NCBI GenBank assembly: GCA_034226945.1
Contig: CP120457.1
Coordinates: forward strand, 124,001 to 188,000
Reading direction: 5' to 3'
DNA: 64,000 nt
From: Picochlorum sp. SENEW3
Taxonomy: Eukaryota
Within the stretch, counting starts at the first letter, position 1. Each line of letters starts with the position of its first letter. A model generated the notes under the pieces. The model was not told the origin of the DNA. It was given only the letters and a program-made list of their open reading frames with translations, and did no database searches. Shown piece by piece: positions 32,812 to 45,140 of the stretch. Made by a program: the position numbers and the translations under genes.

Positions 32812-33185
32812 CACTTTAGTATTTACACGTATATTTCATAGCTGATGATGATGATGATACGTACCTGTCAGTATGAATTTCAAGTAGCTCTCGGAAACCA
32901 CCGGTATCTGTCTGGTATGATTTCTGTATCCAAGAAGAATAGTTCGAGAATAAGCATCATCACAAAATAGAAGAGAGACGTGCACAGATTGAGACGAGAG
33001 AAGAGAGAGCGCATAGCAGCAATACATGAATGAATGGAGAAGCAGCACAACAAGAAGTAAAAGGTCAAGAGCAATATATACATTGCATACCCACTTTCAA
33101 TGCGAATTGGCTGTTTCATTCGTTATTATTCTGCTCCTGGTACCTCAACTGCAATGTTACACAAAGAACACAATACCAACACTCT

Positions 33186-34667
33186 CTACATCTCTGGTGG
33201 CTTTTCCCACTGGGTGACCCCAGTCACAGTATTATAGTAATATGGACGATTTTGATCATCTCTGTATTCTATCCATTGTCCTCCTGCAGCTGGTGCTGCC
33301 ATATTTGGGTCCTGGGCAGCTTGCTGCTGATAGTCATAGCCTCCTGCTGCTGGTGCAGCTCCAGCACCATAGTCTCCATATCCACCATACCCACCGTATC
33401 CTCCACCTCCATATCCCGATCCGTACTGCCCACCATATCCACCGTACCCGCCATACCCACCATACTGCTGCTGCTGTCCTCCATACCCCCCACCACTATA
33501 TGGGTTGGGAGCAAATGGATCCCCACCATTCATAATCTCTGATATCAAAGATTTAGCCTGATCAACAGTCGACTGCTGCCCTGAAATTGATATTTTGCAG
33601 GGGTCATCACTCTGATCAATCTGAACAGTGGCACCAGACACCTTTTGAATATTCTTGATCGTCTCCCCTCCCCTGCCAATAATCCTTCCAATCACCATTT
33701 TCGGAGCAAGCACTAAATCCGTTTCTCCAATCCCATATTTTTGACACACACGCAGAATCACAGACTGCGCCGACCCTGGCTCTCCATGAATCAATTCATT
33801 CACCATCAACTCGGCCCTCTCAACTGCCTCTGGCTTCCCCGTGATGATCACCTGCCTCGGTACTTCGGGAGGAAAATCTTGATTCACAGAAATACGAGCA
33901 TCACTCGCAGTCTGCAACGCTCTAATCGTCTCCCCACCACGCCCAATAATCTTTCCCACCAAACTTGGCGGACACTCCACAGTCTTGGAAGAATCCTGAG
34001 AATCAGTCGTGAGAATCGCCGCCTTTGCCCGAGCAACATTTTCCTGAGTCTTTCCGGTAATAGTTATCTTCCTTTCAGTACCCTGACTCGCATGATCGAT
34101 CTGAATATGGGTATCCGTCGACTGCTGCATTTGGCGAATCGTCTCACCTCCACGCCCAATCAACCTCCCTACCAGCGCTGAAGGCACCATGAGTGTCTCT
34201 GTAATTCCATCCTGTGTATCATGGTATTGCGCATCGTCTGGAACCCTTTTGCTGTCTGGCTCGTCAAAAGCATCACCGTCTCGGGGCCGCTTGTTCGTTT
34301 GGTCCGCATGCTCAGCTCCAGAACTAATCGGATATTCCTGTTGCTGATGTTTATTCATCAGTTTGGCTGCCACAGCAGCTGCTGCAGCCGCAGCATCTGC
34401 CATTTGTTGAGCCTTGTCTTCTTCAGCAGGTGGCTGTTGCTTTTCTTCTGCCTCCTCTTCTTTTGCATCGTCTTCTCCCTGTCCGGTCTTGCCCTCATTC
34501 TGTTCTTCTTCTTGTTGTTGAACGTCTTCTTTGGTCTCGTCGCCAGTACGCTCCTCCTTCTCCTCCTCCTCTTGCTGCTGCTGTTCTCCCTCCACCTCCT
34601 GCGCTGTCACCTCCTCCTCCTCCGGCTCCTGCTTTTTCCCCGTCCTCTTACGTCGCGTTGCTACCAT
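33186..34667 (-). CDS. KH-domain RNA-binding protein (three KH domains, GY-rich region, C-terminal WW domain; FUBP/KSRP-like)
   Basis: Three G.IIGRGGETI loops; WIEYRDDQNRPYYYNTVTGVTQWEKP. Confidence 0.92.
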   Translation of the reverse strand: MVATRRKRTGKKQEPEEEEVTAQEVEGEQQQQEEEEKEERTGDETKEDVQQQEEEQNEGKTGQGEDDAKEEEAEEKQQPPAEEDKAQQMADAAAAAAAVAAKLMNKHQQQEYPISSGAEHADQTNKRPRDGDAFDEPDSKRVPDDAQYHDTQDGITETLMVPSALVGRLIGRGGETIRQMQQSTDTHIQIDHASQGTERKITITGKTQENVARAKAAILTTDSQDSSKTVECPPSLVGKIIGRGGETIRALQTASDARISVNQDFPPEVPRQVIITGKPEAVERAELMVNELIHGEPGSAQSVILRVCQKYGIGETDLVLAPKMVIGRIIGRGGETIKNIQKVSGATVQIDQSDDPCKISISGQQSTVDQAKSLISEIMNGGDPFAPNPYSGGGYGGQQQQYGGYGGYGGYGGQYGSGYGGGGYGGYGGYGDYGAGAAPAAGGYDYQQQAAQDPNMAAPAAGGQWIEYRDDQNRPYYYNTVTGVTQWEKPPEM

Positions 34668-34820
34668 ACTAATTATTGGTTAATTGTAATGACTTCGCTG
34701 AAGGAGACTGCCACGCATGGCTTGATCATGGCAATTCTGTTGTCTGCTCATATTGCCCATCAAAGACATCCTTTGATCGGAGACACAACTTCTTTCGTCG
34801 CGAGGTCCTGAATTCGAAAA

Positions 34821-35631
34821 ATGATGCATCAAATCCCTTGGTATGCCTGTACTGGTGTGGACAGACACGCAACCAATCGCACATAAATTTCTTTACTGGT
34901 ATCAAAATCATTGTACGCATAGGGCGGTATGCATCAGAATGCCAAGTTCAATCTGGAGAGAAACTGGCCCACATGTGGTGTTCCACAAACCTTTCCATAA
35001 CCACCACGCCATACCCAGGAATCACGCCATCTGTACTCTCAAAAGAACTACAGGTGCGTCGTCGAGTTCCTGGCGTGCGAGGAGTCGACGCTGGCACAAC
35101 GAAGAATGGGAGCGTAGTTTGTTTGTTGACCCTACTACTACTCCTCAGGACAGCAACGAGGTGATCGTGACCGTGTTTGGCAAGGACGGGGCCATCTCTA
35201 CCATCCCACCCAACTACGTGAGTCCATCGTCTTTGATGGCATCTGATATTGGGTTGAAGCTGGAAGGCGGGGACACAGCTCCCTCCGGGATGCCAACAGC
35301 AGAAGAGCAAGGGCTGTGCCTAGGATCTGTCTTTAGCATCACTGCGACGAATGGCTTCGATGTATCGAGAAGAATGAATGTGTTTGGTTTCTGTCAAAGT
35401 TTAGATTATTTGGCTGAGAATATTCATGTTGCCATACGGTCGAGGGGAGGGGAGATTTCTCATGTCAAGAGAAAGGTGTGCAATGATTCGCTGAGTGAAT
35501 CCATCACCATGTCCCTGTGTATTCCATTGCTGTGGGGTGTTCCGCCCGAGTTTGACAGGGTGACGCGAGGCATCGAAAATGGAGGTGGCATCATTCACAA
35601 AGTCTATAGGGAATGGTTCATCATCCCATGA
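34821..35631 (+). CDS. Conserved green-lineage protein of unknown function, likely plastid-targeted (one intron near the 5' end)
   Basis: ATG 34821, TG|GTATGC...TAG intron restores the frame; C-terminal GGE...PLLWGVPP...GGGIIHKVY..W resembles an uncharacterised plant family. Confidence 0.7.
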
Positions 35632-35744
35632 AATGTATATTATTAAGAGTCTGTACAGCCTGTACTGGCAATGGTTGAATGTATCATCATTTTGATTTCC
35701 CTTGTAATCTTTAATGTTGTATCTCTCTATCCAAGACTTTTGAA

Positions 35745-37190
35745 ATGTTTGATATGAATGATATGAAACTTGTTGCGGTACTTGTCCTATCTGTTGTAGC
35801 GCATGTTTCGAGCAACGAAACGCTGGAGCTGGTTCGTGGGTCAGCCGTGACGAGTCCTGCTCTTGAATTGATCGTGCCGGATGGGTCTACTTTTGATCCA
35901 TCAAATATTCGAGGCACATACATCATACAAGACAAGTCCAAGGGTGTGACCTGGTTGCTTAGATTAAGGGAAGGCAAAGCCAAGGCTGTGTCGCTTCCGT
36001 TTCCTGGAGGAAATCACGAGAGTGCAGTGTCTGGAGATGGTCGAACGGCGTTGACGACGCACTATGATACTGCATGGCAAGGAGATGGAGAAGGTGGGGG
36101 CATTCCCGGCAGTGATGTGGTCGCAATCGATGTGTTGGATGGGTCTTCAAGTGTGCTACTGCAAGCTAAGAGCAACCCGCTGCAAGGGTCCATGCCACAT
36201 GGCGTCTTGGTTTTAGATAACGGTGATATTATAGTGACGGCACAGTTGGATAATAGCGTAGTTCGATTTCCTTCGTATAGAGCCGGTGAGATGACGCCAC
36301 AAGTGTACAATCTGACAGAGACTGGATGTATCACGCCTCACTTGTTGAGAGCTGTTCCTCAAAGTACTCTGATTGTGACAGGGTGTCGAGCGACGAACCC
36401 TGGTGTATCTGATACATATCCGGGTAAAGTAGCAATAATTGGCGTAGAGAGTGGGGAGGCGGCGGCGTTGGATGCTGGTCTTGGAGCAGAGGGGATTGCT
36501 GTGACTGGAAAAGGTGACGTGTGGGTGGCTGGGCAGCGCGATAATACAATCTCTGTATATGGGTTTGAAGATGGAACTGCGAAATCAGTTGAAACCTTCA
36601 AAAAGCAAGCGGACCTCAATGTATCGGGCATTGTAAAGCCTCTACGTCTGGCATATGATTATGTTCATAATAGGGTTGGGGTTGCAGCATTGAGCACAAA
36701 TGCATCCGAGCCAAATTTCTACGTGTTTGATGCGAACACGTTTGACCTGATTTTAAATTCAACGATTGAGAGTGAAAAGAGAGGCAGGGTGAACATGGAA
36801 GGATTGATATTTGATGGGAATGGATATTACTTTTCAGGAGGATTTGATAACCAAGCAGTAGTCTTTATCAATGCATTGACTGGACAAGTGGATGCTGAGA
36901 TTGACATGCCGAGGTGTTCCATGCCAGATGTATTTAATGTACCCACATTTGTTTCCACTGAACAAGCTCAGAATGAGAACCTGACTGGATCCAACAATTG
37001 GAGCGGTGGGTTTTGCAATGCCTCCATGAGAAATCCAAATGACACAAGGTTCCTCACAATGGACGGATTTGAATGGAGTCCTATAGAATCTACGCTCTGG
37101 ACAATGAATATCCCAGAAGGTAGTTCCAGTGCATCTTTTCTTACGAGTCATACTGCACTCATGGTGCTCTTCTTTGTATTATCCATCTGA
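35745..37190 (+). CDS. Secreted, probably GPI-anchored beta-propeller protein (YVTN/YncE-like)
   Basis: Signal peptide; blade motifs HESAVSGDG, PHGVLV, AEGIAVT..GDVWVA...DNTISV, PLRLAYD; many N-x-S/T sites; SSSA followed by hydrophobic tail. Confidence 0.75.
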   Translation: MFDMNDMKLVAVLVLSVVAHVSSNETLELVRGSAVTSPALELIVPDGSTFDPSNIRGTYIIQDKSKGVTWLLRLREGKAKAVSLPFPGGNHESAVSGDGRTALTTHYDTAWQGDGEGGGIPGSDVVAIDVLDGSSSVLLQAKSNPLQGSMPHGVLVLDNGDIIVTAQLDNSVVRFPSYRAGEMTPQVYNLTETGCITPHLLRAVPQSTLIVTGCRATNPGVSDTYPGKVAIIGVESGEAAALDAGLGAEGIAVTGKGDVWVAGQRDNTISVYGFEDGTAKSVETFKKQADLNVSGIVKPLRLAYDYVHNRVGVAALSTNASEPNFYVFDANTFDLILNSTIESEKRGRVNMEGLIFDGNGYYFSGGFDNQAVVFINALTGQVDAEIDMPRCSMPDVFNVPTFVSTEQAQNENLTGSNNWSGGFCNASMRNPNDTRFLTMDGFEWSPIESTLWTMNIPEGSSSASFLTSHTALMVLFFVLSI

Positions 37191-37493
37191 GCAAATGGAA
37201 GTACACATGATGAATACATTTGTGTAAAAATCTTCGGCCAGTCGACCCGGCACATCTAGTGCAATATCAAGACATTCGTGGAACTCAATATGAGCATATA
37301 TAACATGACAAGACCTGATGGCCATGCAGCAGGAGATGTGGGCCCACACTGGATGTATAAAATTCCCTCTTGTTCTCAATCCCCTTTACGGATATACCAG
37401 TCGTATGTACCATTCAAATCATGTTATAGTTATAATCTATGTATCTATAGAAGCATTGTGATACAGTGATGACTGACTGGATACAAGATACGA

Positions 37494-39218
37494 ATGTCCT
37501 CGGTACTCAACCAACAACGACCCTGTGGAACCAAGGAAGGGATAGAGAATACTTCAGACAAGGGATATGCACTCCTAGATTTACCAGACGATGTACTAGG
37601 GCGGATATTGTCATCATTGGATGAAGAGGAGCTCAAGCACTCTGTGCCCTTGTGGAGTGGCACGTGTCGTAGACTTTCTCGGTTGTTGATCAGGTCTATT
37701 GAGTTTCGGTATCCAGACTCTGTGTCAGTGTCGAAAAAGATTGCTTTGTTTCCCTGTGCGGAGACTGTTGCTATTCATGGGGTTGATGGATATTCCATGG
37801 GAAGCATCCTGAAGGATGTGCATGTTGGGTTGGTGAGGCTTGAGAGGTTGGTTTTGAAAGGGCTTTGTATCGACCAGGATGCGATGGAGACTCTCACGGT
37901 TTTCAAAGGCAGATTGCGTGAGATTGAGTTTGTCAATGTGGACTTTGACGCGAGTGTTAAAGGTCTGCATGGTGTGGTGGGGGATGAGCTCTGTGTTTTG
38001 AGAATGCAAGATTGTCGGGGTGTGTCGTGTGAGGACTTGCGAGTGGTGTTGAGTGGTGCAAAGAATTTGGAAGAATTGTCTCTGGAAGGCATGCAGTTGT
38101 GTGATGATGTGTTTCTTGGTGTGCATGAAAGATTGTCCTTTTTGAATGTGTCATCCAGCTGTTCATTCACGTGGAGAGGTATTTGTCACCTGCGAACGTG
38201 CAGGCGGCTGAAGCGGCTTGTGCTATCTGCGTGTTATAATATTGATGATGAGGTGTGTAAAGCGATCAAGGAGGCGGTGCCTCAGGTGGAGGAGCTTGGT
38301 CTTTTTGAGTGTGGAGAGCATCTTGGGAGGCAAGGGCTTGAGCATCTTTCCTGTTTGGTTCATTTGAAGACGCTTGATTTTGGATATGTATCCGGTTGTT
38401 TTGAATCGAAAGATATAGAGGGTATGGTGTCCAAGTTGAAGAAATTGAAGGTTTTGAAGCTTTCGGGCACATCATATGTGGATAACACTGTCCTCCAGGC
38501 CTGTGTAGACCACTTGCCAGTGCTTGAGAAATTGGATATCAGTGAATGTCAAGAGATTACGCGAGACGGCTTTATGGTTCTAAGAAACTTTAAAATGCTG
38601 AAAGATTTAAATCTTGGATGGAATGCTAGGGTCACAGATGATGTGTTGGAATACCTGCCAAGAACACTGCATCGATTGGATGTATCGTTTTGCTCGAGGC
38701 TGTCGGGTGCAGGGCTATGTCATGTGGCGAAATTGAAGAATTTGAATGATTTATGTTTGCGACGGTGTCGAAAGATTGGAAACAGGGGAATAGAGGTTTT
38801 GACATCTGGGTGCACACGTTTGTCAAAATTGGATATTTCATTCACACAGATTCACGCAAAAGCGCTTTGTGGTTTACAACGGCTCCCTGCCCTCAGGTAT
38901 CTTGACATGAGTGACTGCAAGTATGCGACAACGGTCATGGGAATGGCATCGCTGTGTTTGGTCAAGTCGTTGGAGGAGTTGAATCTATCAATGAATCCAC
39001 GGCTGGATGATGGGTGCCTCCATGCAATCAGCTTTCACCCTGGGCTCCGGGTGCTGTCAATTCGGCATTGCCCTGAGGTGTCTTGCTACGGTGTTTTAGA
39101 ATGTCGTCGACTGCGGCGACTGAAAAAACTCGATATCTCTGGCTGTTCTGCACGAGTTTCAAGTGCCTCCATTTGTACAGTAGCATCCAAATTGAATGCT
39201 CATATTGTGTATCAATAA
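37494..39218 (+). CDS. F-box/LRR-repeat protein
   Basis: LLDLPDDVLGRILSSL F-box; repeated L..LDIS.C..I.D cysteine-containing LRRs. Confidence 0.9.
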   Translation: MSSVLNQQRPCGTKEGIENTSDKGYALLDLPDDVLGRILSSLDEEELKHSVPLWSGTCRRLSRLLIRSIEFRYPDSVSVSKKIALFPCAETVAIHGVDGYSMGSILKDVHVGLVRLERLVLKGLCIDQDAMETLTVFKGRLREIEFVNVDFDASVKGLHGVVGDELCVLRMQDCRGVSCEDLRVVLSGAKNLEELSLEGMQLCDDVFLGVHERLSFLNVSSSCSFTWRGICHLRTCRRLKRLVLSACYNIDDEVCKAIKEAVPQVEELGLFECGEHLGRQGLEHLSCLVHLKTLDFGYVSGCFESKDIEGMVSKLKKLKVLKLSGTSYVDNTVLQACVDHLPVLEKLDISECQEITRDGFMVLRNFKMLKDLNLGWNARVTDDVLEYLPRTLHRLDVSFCSRLSGAGLCHVAKLKNLNDLCLRRCRKIGNRGIEVLTSGCTRLSKLDISFTQIHAKALCGLQRLPALRYLDMSDCKYATTVMGMASLCLVKSLEELNLSMNPRLDDGCLHAISFHPGLRVLSIRHCPEVSCYGVLECRRLRRLKKLDISGCSARVSSASICTVASKLNAHIVYQ

Positions 39219-39244
39219 CATGTATATTACAATTTTGTGTAACA

Positions 39245-42106
39245 TTATTTCTTCTTTTTCTTTTTCCACATCCCTCCTTGGCCTCCACTCTTGAAATCAG
39301 ACTCTTGCTGCTGGAGGAAGGATATGGCTCGTTTCGCACTGTTGTCGAGTCTTGTTTGGAGCCTGCGCTTTTCTTCATCCCTCACACCAGCCATAAATAC
39401 AGCATCCTTTCTAAGTTCTCGAATAGCTCCACGTTCTTCCTTTCTGATTTGTCGCTTGAGACGCCGTTCTTCAGCTCGTTCCCTGTCTGGGTCATAGTCC
39501 TTGCCCTTTGCATAGGATTCTTCAAACCGTGGGTTGTACTGTTTGACTGCTGGAGCTTTTGATATGGAGGAAATATAGACTGGTTTCCGTTTGCTGGACA
39601 TTTCATCAGATTTATCCCTGAGTTCATCTGCTAAACGCTGTGCAGCTGTCAAGAGTTCTGGATCAAGGTAGCAAGGCTTTGATGATGCATGGGCACTCAA
39701 CTCCTCCAGCAGGAGCACTGCTGGGCTGAAAAGCTCTTCAAAAGCTTCGACGTAAACGCTACATGAAATAGTCCTGATGAGCTCCAAAGTGACGTTGAGT
39801 AGTGAGTTGCAGAAGGATTCGGATGTGAAATCCTGTGAGCCATGTAAGCAGTCTTCGAGATTCAACCCCACGCTGTACCCTTTTGAATTACCTTTGAATT
39901 GAGATCTATGGAGGGCCTTCATCCATTGGAGATTTTCAGATTCTTCGAAGTCCAAGGAAATATACCCTTTGAAGCATTGTAACAGCCCAGTCGCAAAACA
40001 CAATGCCTCTGGAGAGAATCGACCAGAGCGGGCATGGGCATGGACCAGTAGGTGTGACACAAGTAGTCCTTTGACGGCATGGACCGGCTCCACAATGGGG
40101 CACAATAGCAGAGCAGAGCTCAGAAATGTGCATAATGGCGTGAGAACTTGATGCCTTTTGTCAGTCACTGGATAAATATCCATGAAAAGCTTGCTGAGCA
40201 AAATCATTCTGTTTGAAGGCCATGCATTGACACGCTCGACTGGATTTTTAAGCGATCGTTTCATCGCTTCATATTCCTTCTCAAGTCTTGATCGTGCCAA
40301 CACGCCTGAATAGTAAGGTACTAGAGGAGTCATTTCTGCAATATGTGACACCAAGGCATCTAGTGTACCAAATGGAATGGGAGTCTGCCCTGCAAGTGAG
40401 ACAAAGTGTTGCAAGATGCAGCCATATAAGACTTGCATCTTCTTTCGACCACCTTCTGATAGCGCAGCAGCATTGTATGCTCTCACCCGACTAATCATCT
40501 CGTGCATCTGTTCTGGCTCAAGGGCATCCACAAGCCTCTTGAAATCATCATATGACTCTGGGAGTGCTGGGGTGAATGTCAAATTCAATGTATCCTCCTG
40601 ATCATGCTCTGAAGTTTCGTCATCTTGTTTTGGAGAGGGATGCTTTTCATCAGACTGATTGTCTTCTTCCTCATCCTCTTCGCTGGAATCCTCCTCTGAG
40701 TTTTCAGATTCGCCTGATTCATCCTCGCTCTCACTCGCAGATTTGGATCCACTTTTCAGTATTCCCTTTGTATCTCCCATCTTGTGCCGCTTGAGTAATT
40801 CGAGAGCGACATCCCGGAATTGCTCCTGCAAGGGATGGTTTCCACTGGCTTGTTCCTGGCGCCTCTTTTCAACAGCAGTCAAACCATCTTCGTACTCACT
40901 GTCATCCTCATCATCACTCGTACCCTCTTCCTCTTCTTCTTCTTGCTGCCTCATCTTCTCCTTCATACGTGCCCGTCGAGCAGCATATCCACCGGTTGGC
41001 GCAGCACCAAGGCCACTGATTCCTTCAAAGTCATCTTCAAGATCATCACCACCCTGCAGTATTGCCAATCAAAAGTCAACATACATAACGTTCTCTTCAC
41101 TGTAATAAGAAATCATTTTAATACAAGTAACACACCTTTTCTCGATGCACTCGTTGTTTTTCTAGTTCCTCCAGTCTCTGCCGCTCTAAATCCACCAGCT
41201 CCTCCTTGGTCAATGTCCTCTCACCAGCCTGAGCTTTGGCTTCAAACACCAACTCCCTGGTCAGCGAGTCAAACTTTTTATCCTCCTCCGATACCAATTT
41301 TTTCCCCTTCTCTCGTTCTTCTGCACGCGACCCTTTTGGTCTCATCATGTCGGATGTAAGATTTTCCTGGGCCAGCTCCTTCCAAGCCACATCCAATGCA
41401 TCAGTCTCATCCAAATCTTCTTCCCTCTGTTTCGCTTTCATTGCTTTAAACATCTTACTCTTGGCAATGACCTCCTCCATAATTTCCTTTTTCGTCTTGT
41501 GCCTCGGTGACCCCCCTCCCTCCTCCTTCCCACCACCAAAATTGTACTGCTCCAAGAGATCAGTTCCATCGTCATCATCATCATCATCCAGAATACGGCT
41601 CTCTGGCATCCTAGATAACGTCTCATCTAGACTCTGCCCCATATGAGTCAATCCTTCTCCATCATCATAGTCGTCCTCCTCAGCAAGTGTGAATTTTGAC
41701 CCAGAAAGCTCCTTCAACCGCTGCTTCTGAAACCTCATCAAGGCCTTCTCTTCTTGAGTCAAACTCACGTCATCTTCCCCAAAGCGACGATCAACAAACG
41801 CATTATTCTTCCTCAACTGCTTATACTCCACGAGAAGGGTATCTTTTCGCTGCAAACACGCACACGTAGATACTTGATACCTGACAATAAGAGCAAAACA
41901 AAAACTCGCCCACATACCTTCTCAACAGCCGCTGAGCGCAGCTGCGTCGTCCTCTTGGTATCACCTTTAGTCTTCTTACCTAATACATTGAACTTTTTCC
42001 TCGTCCGGATCTGTTCGAATGCATTCTTTGCTGCTGCGGACTTTTCAATGTCACGCTTCAACCTGCTCTTCGCAGCTAATTTGGCCTTTGACTTGCTTCT
42101 ACCCAT
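39245..42106 (-). CDS. NOP14: Nucleolar protein 14 (SSU processome), 3 exons
   Basis: NAFE...RKKFNVLG, RKDTLL.EY....K.N.FVDRRFGE, KTKKEIMEEVIAKSK, YDPDRERAE..RLK..I.KE.RGA.RELRKD. Confidence 0.95.
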
Positions 42107-42479
42107 ACTGTAATTTCTAAAGATACAGCTAAACCACGACAATCGTTCAACTATCAAAGCAGCATGCACGAGTCCATTGCATGGCCCAATTCTCTTTCCC
42201 CCAGCCTTCACGAAACCACCAATGATTCAATATACTCGTTGAATATAAAATACTTAATGGCATCTCAGGAAGCAATATAGCCAGACTGGTTCAGGATACT
42301 TGGGAGTGAAGACGATTCTTTATTCTTTCTTTTGAAGGAAAGCATCTTCCAGTCCCTAGGCCTTTCTACGATGGAAATCGCATTTAAATAATTTTCTTTA
42401 ATACTATAGTCGTGCTATGGTGTGTTGAATCGACCCAAACCGTAGTTCTGACAGCGAACGAGTGCAGAAACAGATTGTC

Positions 42480-43859
42480 ATGGTTGTTTCAACGCGACAC
42501 ACGAAACGTCAGGATACGGGTGGAGTTTCTGGAAAAAAACATAAACAAATAGATAGATCTACGCATACTGACTATGATCCATGGACTCAGTTTCTCTATG
42601 TTCCCAGGACGGTGACTTTTTTGGTTGTCGGTCTGTTGGCTCTGACGTATTTTAGCCATCCTTTTGAATCTAGCAGCATACAAGATCCGTTGGCGGCACG
42701 GAAAGCATCGTATGAGAATGTAAAGCATGGAATATGGGCGATTGTCTCTGTATTTTTGGGGTATTCTGCTGTTCAAGGGACATCTTCTCCTCATCTGGTC
42801 AGGCCACATCCATCATTTTGGAAGCTGGTGCATGGTGTCATGATCTGCTATCTCTCCTTCATGGTCTTCCTTCTGTTTCAGACTGTGGATGATGCTCGTA
42901 TATTTCTCAAGGTATGGTGTATGCGTTGAACCTGCTGGGTGACGAGAAGATCAAACATGATGATGGTGCTTGCTGTGCAGCATTTGTACCCAGAGCTGGG
43001 TGTGGAATTGGCAGAGAGGGCATACGGCGAATCGTGCAATCTTCTTCTTCCTGACGGTCATGTGAACTGGGGTGTGATCAAAGATACTGTTTTTGATGAA
43101 TTTGTCATAGCGCATACGTTGGGATGGTGGGGTAAAGCCCTCATCTTGAGGAATGAAGGGATGCTGTGGGTTGTGAGCATCACATTTGAACTTCTTGAAC
43201 TGACTTTTCAGCATCTGCTGCCGAATTTTAACGAATGTTGGTGGGACTCGTGGATATTAGATGTGTTAATATGCAATTTTATTGGTATCGTGACAGGCAT
43301 GTGGACTGTTCGCTATTTCCATAGCAAGGAGTATAATTGGAGGGGAATATCAGAGCAGCCTACATTGTTTGCAAAAGCGCGGCGAGGTATCATGCAGTTC
43401 ACACCGCACTCGTTGGATAGTTTTCAGTGGCATATATTTTCAACACCGAAGAGATGCTTACAATGCTTCTTCCCTGGAGCCGTGATCCTCTTATTCGAAG
43501 TAAACCACTTCTTTTTGAAATATGAATTATGGGTCCCACCCACCAATCCTCTCAACACAATTAGACTGTCAATTCTGTTTCTGATGGCTATACCAGGGAT
43601 TCGCGAGTATTATGAATTCATCGAGTCAGATTCCAATGATATCTTTAATAAACTGGGTCCGTTTGCATGGACAGCGGTCGCTATTGCGTTTGTGGAGACA
43701 TTAATCATTATAAAGTTTGGACATGGCATGTTCCCGCAGCCTTGGCCGACTAAAGTCCTGGTCGCATGGGGCACCGCTGCCGCAGTCTTCCTCGTGGTAT
43801 TTAGCACGTGGAGCCTTCGATTCTATTGGAAGAAGACGAAGAAAGACAAGAGAGTTTGA
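42480..43859 (+). CDS. PSS: Phosphatidylserine synthase, base-exchange type (one intron)
   Basis: RPHPSFWKLVHG, FELLELTFQHLLPNFNECWWDSWILDVLICN, FFLKYELWVP. Confidence 0.93.
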
Positions 43860-43911
43860 ATGATTTTATTTTGAAAGTTTACAACGATGACTACTTTTTG
43901 AAACAAACAAA

Positions 43912-44774
43912 TCACTGCACTGATGGCTTGGCGTCAATCAACTGTGTGATATCCTTTGGCTTTTGAGCCTCATGTGGGTGAGATGCTCCCTTGTACACCT
44001 TGAGATGATTGAACAATTTGCTTCCTATGCGACCCTTTGGCAACATACCTTTGACTGCCTTCTCCAAAATTCTCTCTGGGATACGTGCTCTAACCTGCTC
44101 CAGGGTCTCTTTTTTCCAGCTACCTGGACGTCCAACAGTGTGACGATGGTAGATCTTCTGTTGCTCTTTCCTTCCAGTCACATCAATCTTGTCGGCATTG
44201 ATGACAATGACAAAGGCTCCCATGTCCATTGATGGAGTATACCCTGGGCTGTTCTTACCACGAATATGATTCGCCACCAGGCTTGCAACTCTTCCGAGAG
44301 TCTTTCCCTCAGCGTCTACAATATACCAATCTTTGTGTACACTTGCGGCATCGCTAGCAGTTGGATAATATGTATCATTCCACTTATCTGCTCCCAAGCT
44401 CTGAGCTGCGGCAGCTGCACAAGACAAATCCATGCATCACTCCATGAAATCACCCTGCCATTGTCAGACAATCATGCATATATAAAATGTACCATATGCA
44501 ACGTACCATGACAGACTCCAGCAGCACGCCTTGCCACAGTAGGGCGTACTACAGGCGCCACGGAATATCCTACAACATGAGCAGAGTTCTGCAAACACAA
44601 TCCGATCGTTAGTACTGGATTTCGACCATTACAAATTCATCTAGAGATATATTGAAGGTTTAGATACCCAGCATCAGCACGAGTGACAGAAGGTGTCGTC
44701 GGCGTACACCATACCTTCCTGATAGCAGCTCTAGGGACCCCCGTTTGGGACACAGAAACAGTTGCGCTCATCAT
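43912..44774 (-). CDS. PRPL13: Plastid ribosomal protein uL13c (3 exons)
   Basis: Transit-peptide exons from ATG 44774; [44 protein letters not shown]. Confidence 0.95.
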
Positions 44775-45140
44775 CCTATATAGTTTGAAATTAATGAATC
44801 GTTTTAGCGTCGGTCACAGTCACAATGTACCAGTGTAAGGCGATGTTCTGGGATGGATGCCATGAGGGAGGAATGCGTTGACATGTCCCATCGGGGGTGT
44901 ACTCTGATGGGGTACTAATGATTGAGAGAGACGGCCGTCTGCCGGCTTCTGTCTCGTGTGGTGGAGCGAGTTTCATCCAACAATGGACAATGCACTGGAT
45001 CAATGGCATACTTTGATCGGCTCTTGTCTATAAAAATATATTCTAGAGGAATTTCATAGCTTGGATTGCGTCGATTGCGTAGGAACTGCTTCATAGTAGA
45101 CACAAGTTTCAGTGCAGTCGGAGCCAGAAGAGATACAAGT

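Noticed and set aside
37207..37318. ATGATGA...CTGA as a box C/D snoRNA
   Set aside because: No terminal stem or recognisable guide; overlaps the upstream gene's 3'UTR and TGTAA.
12776..42106. RRP9, NOP56 and NOP14 as a ribosome-biogenesis cluster
   Set aside because: Separated by many unrelated genes; no shared promoter motif seen; compatible with chance.
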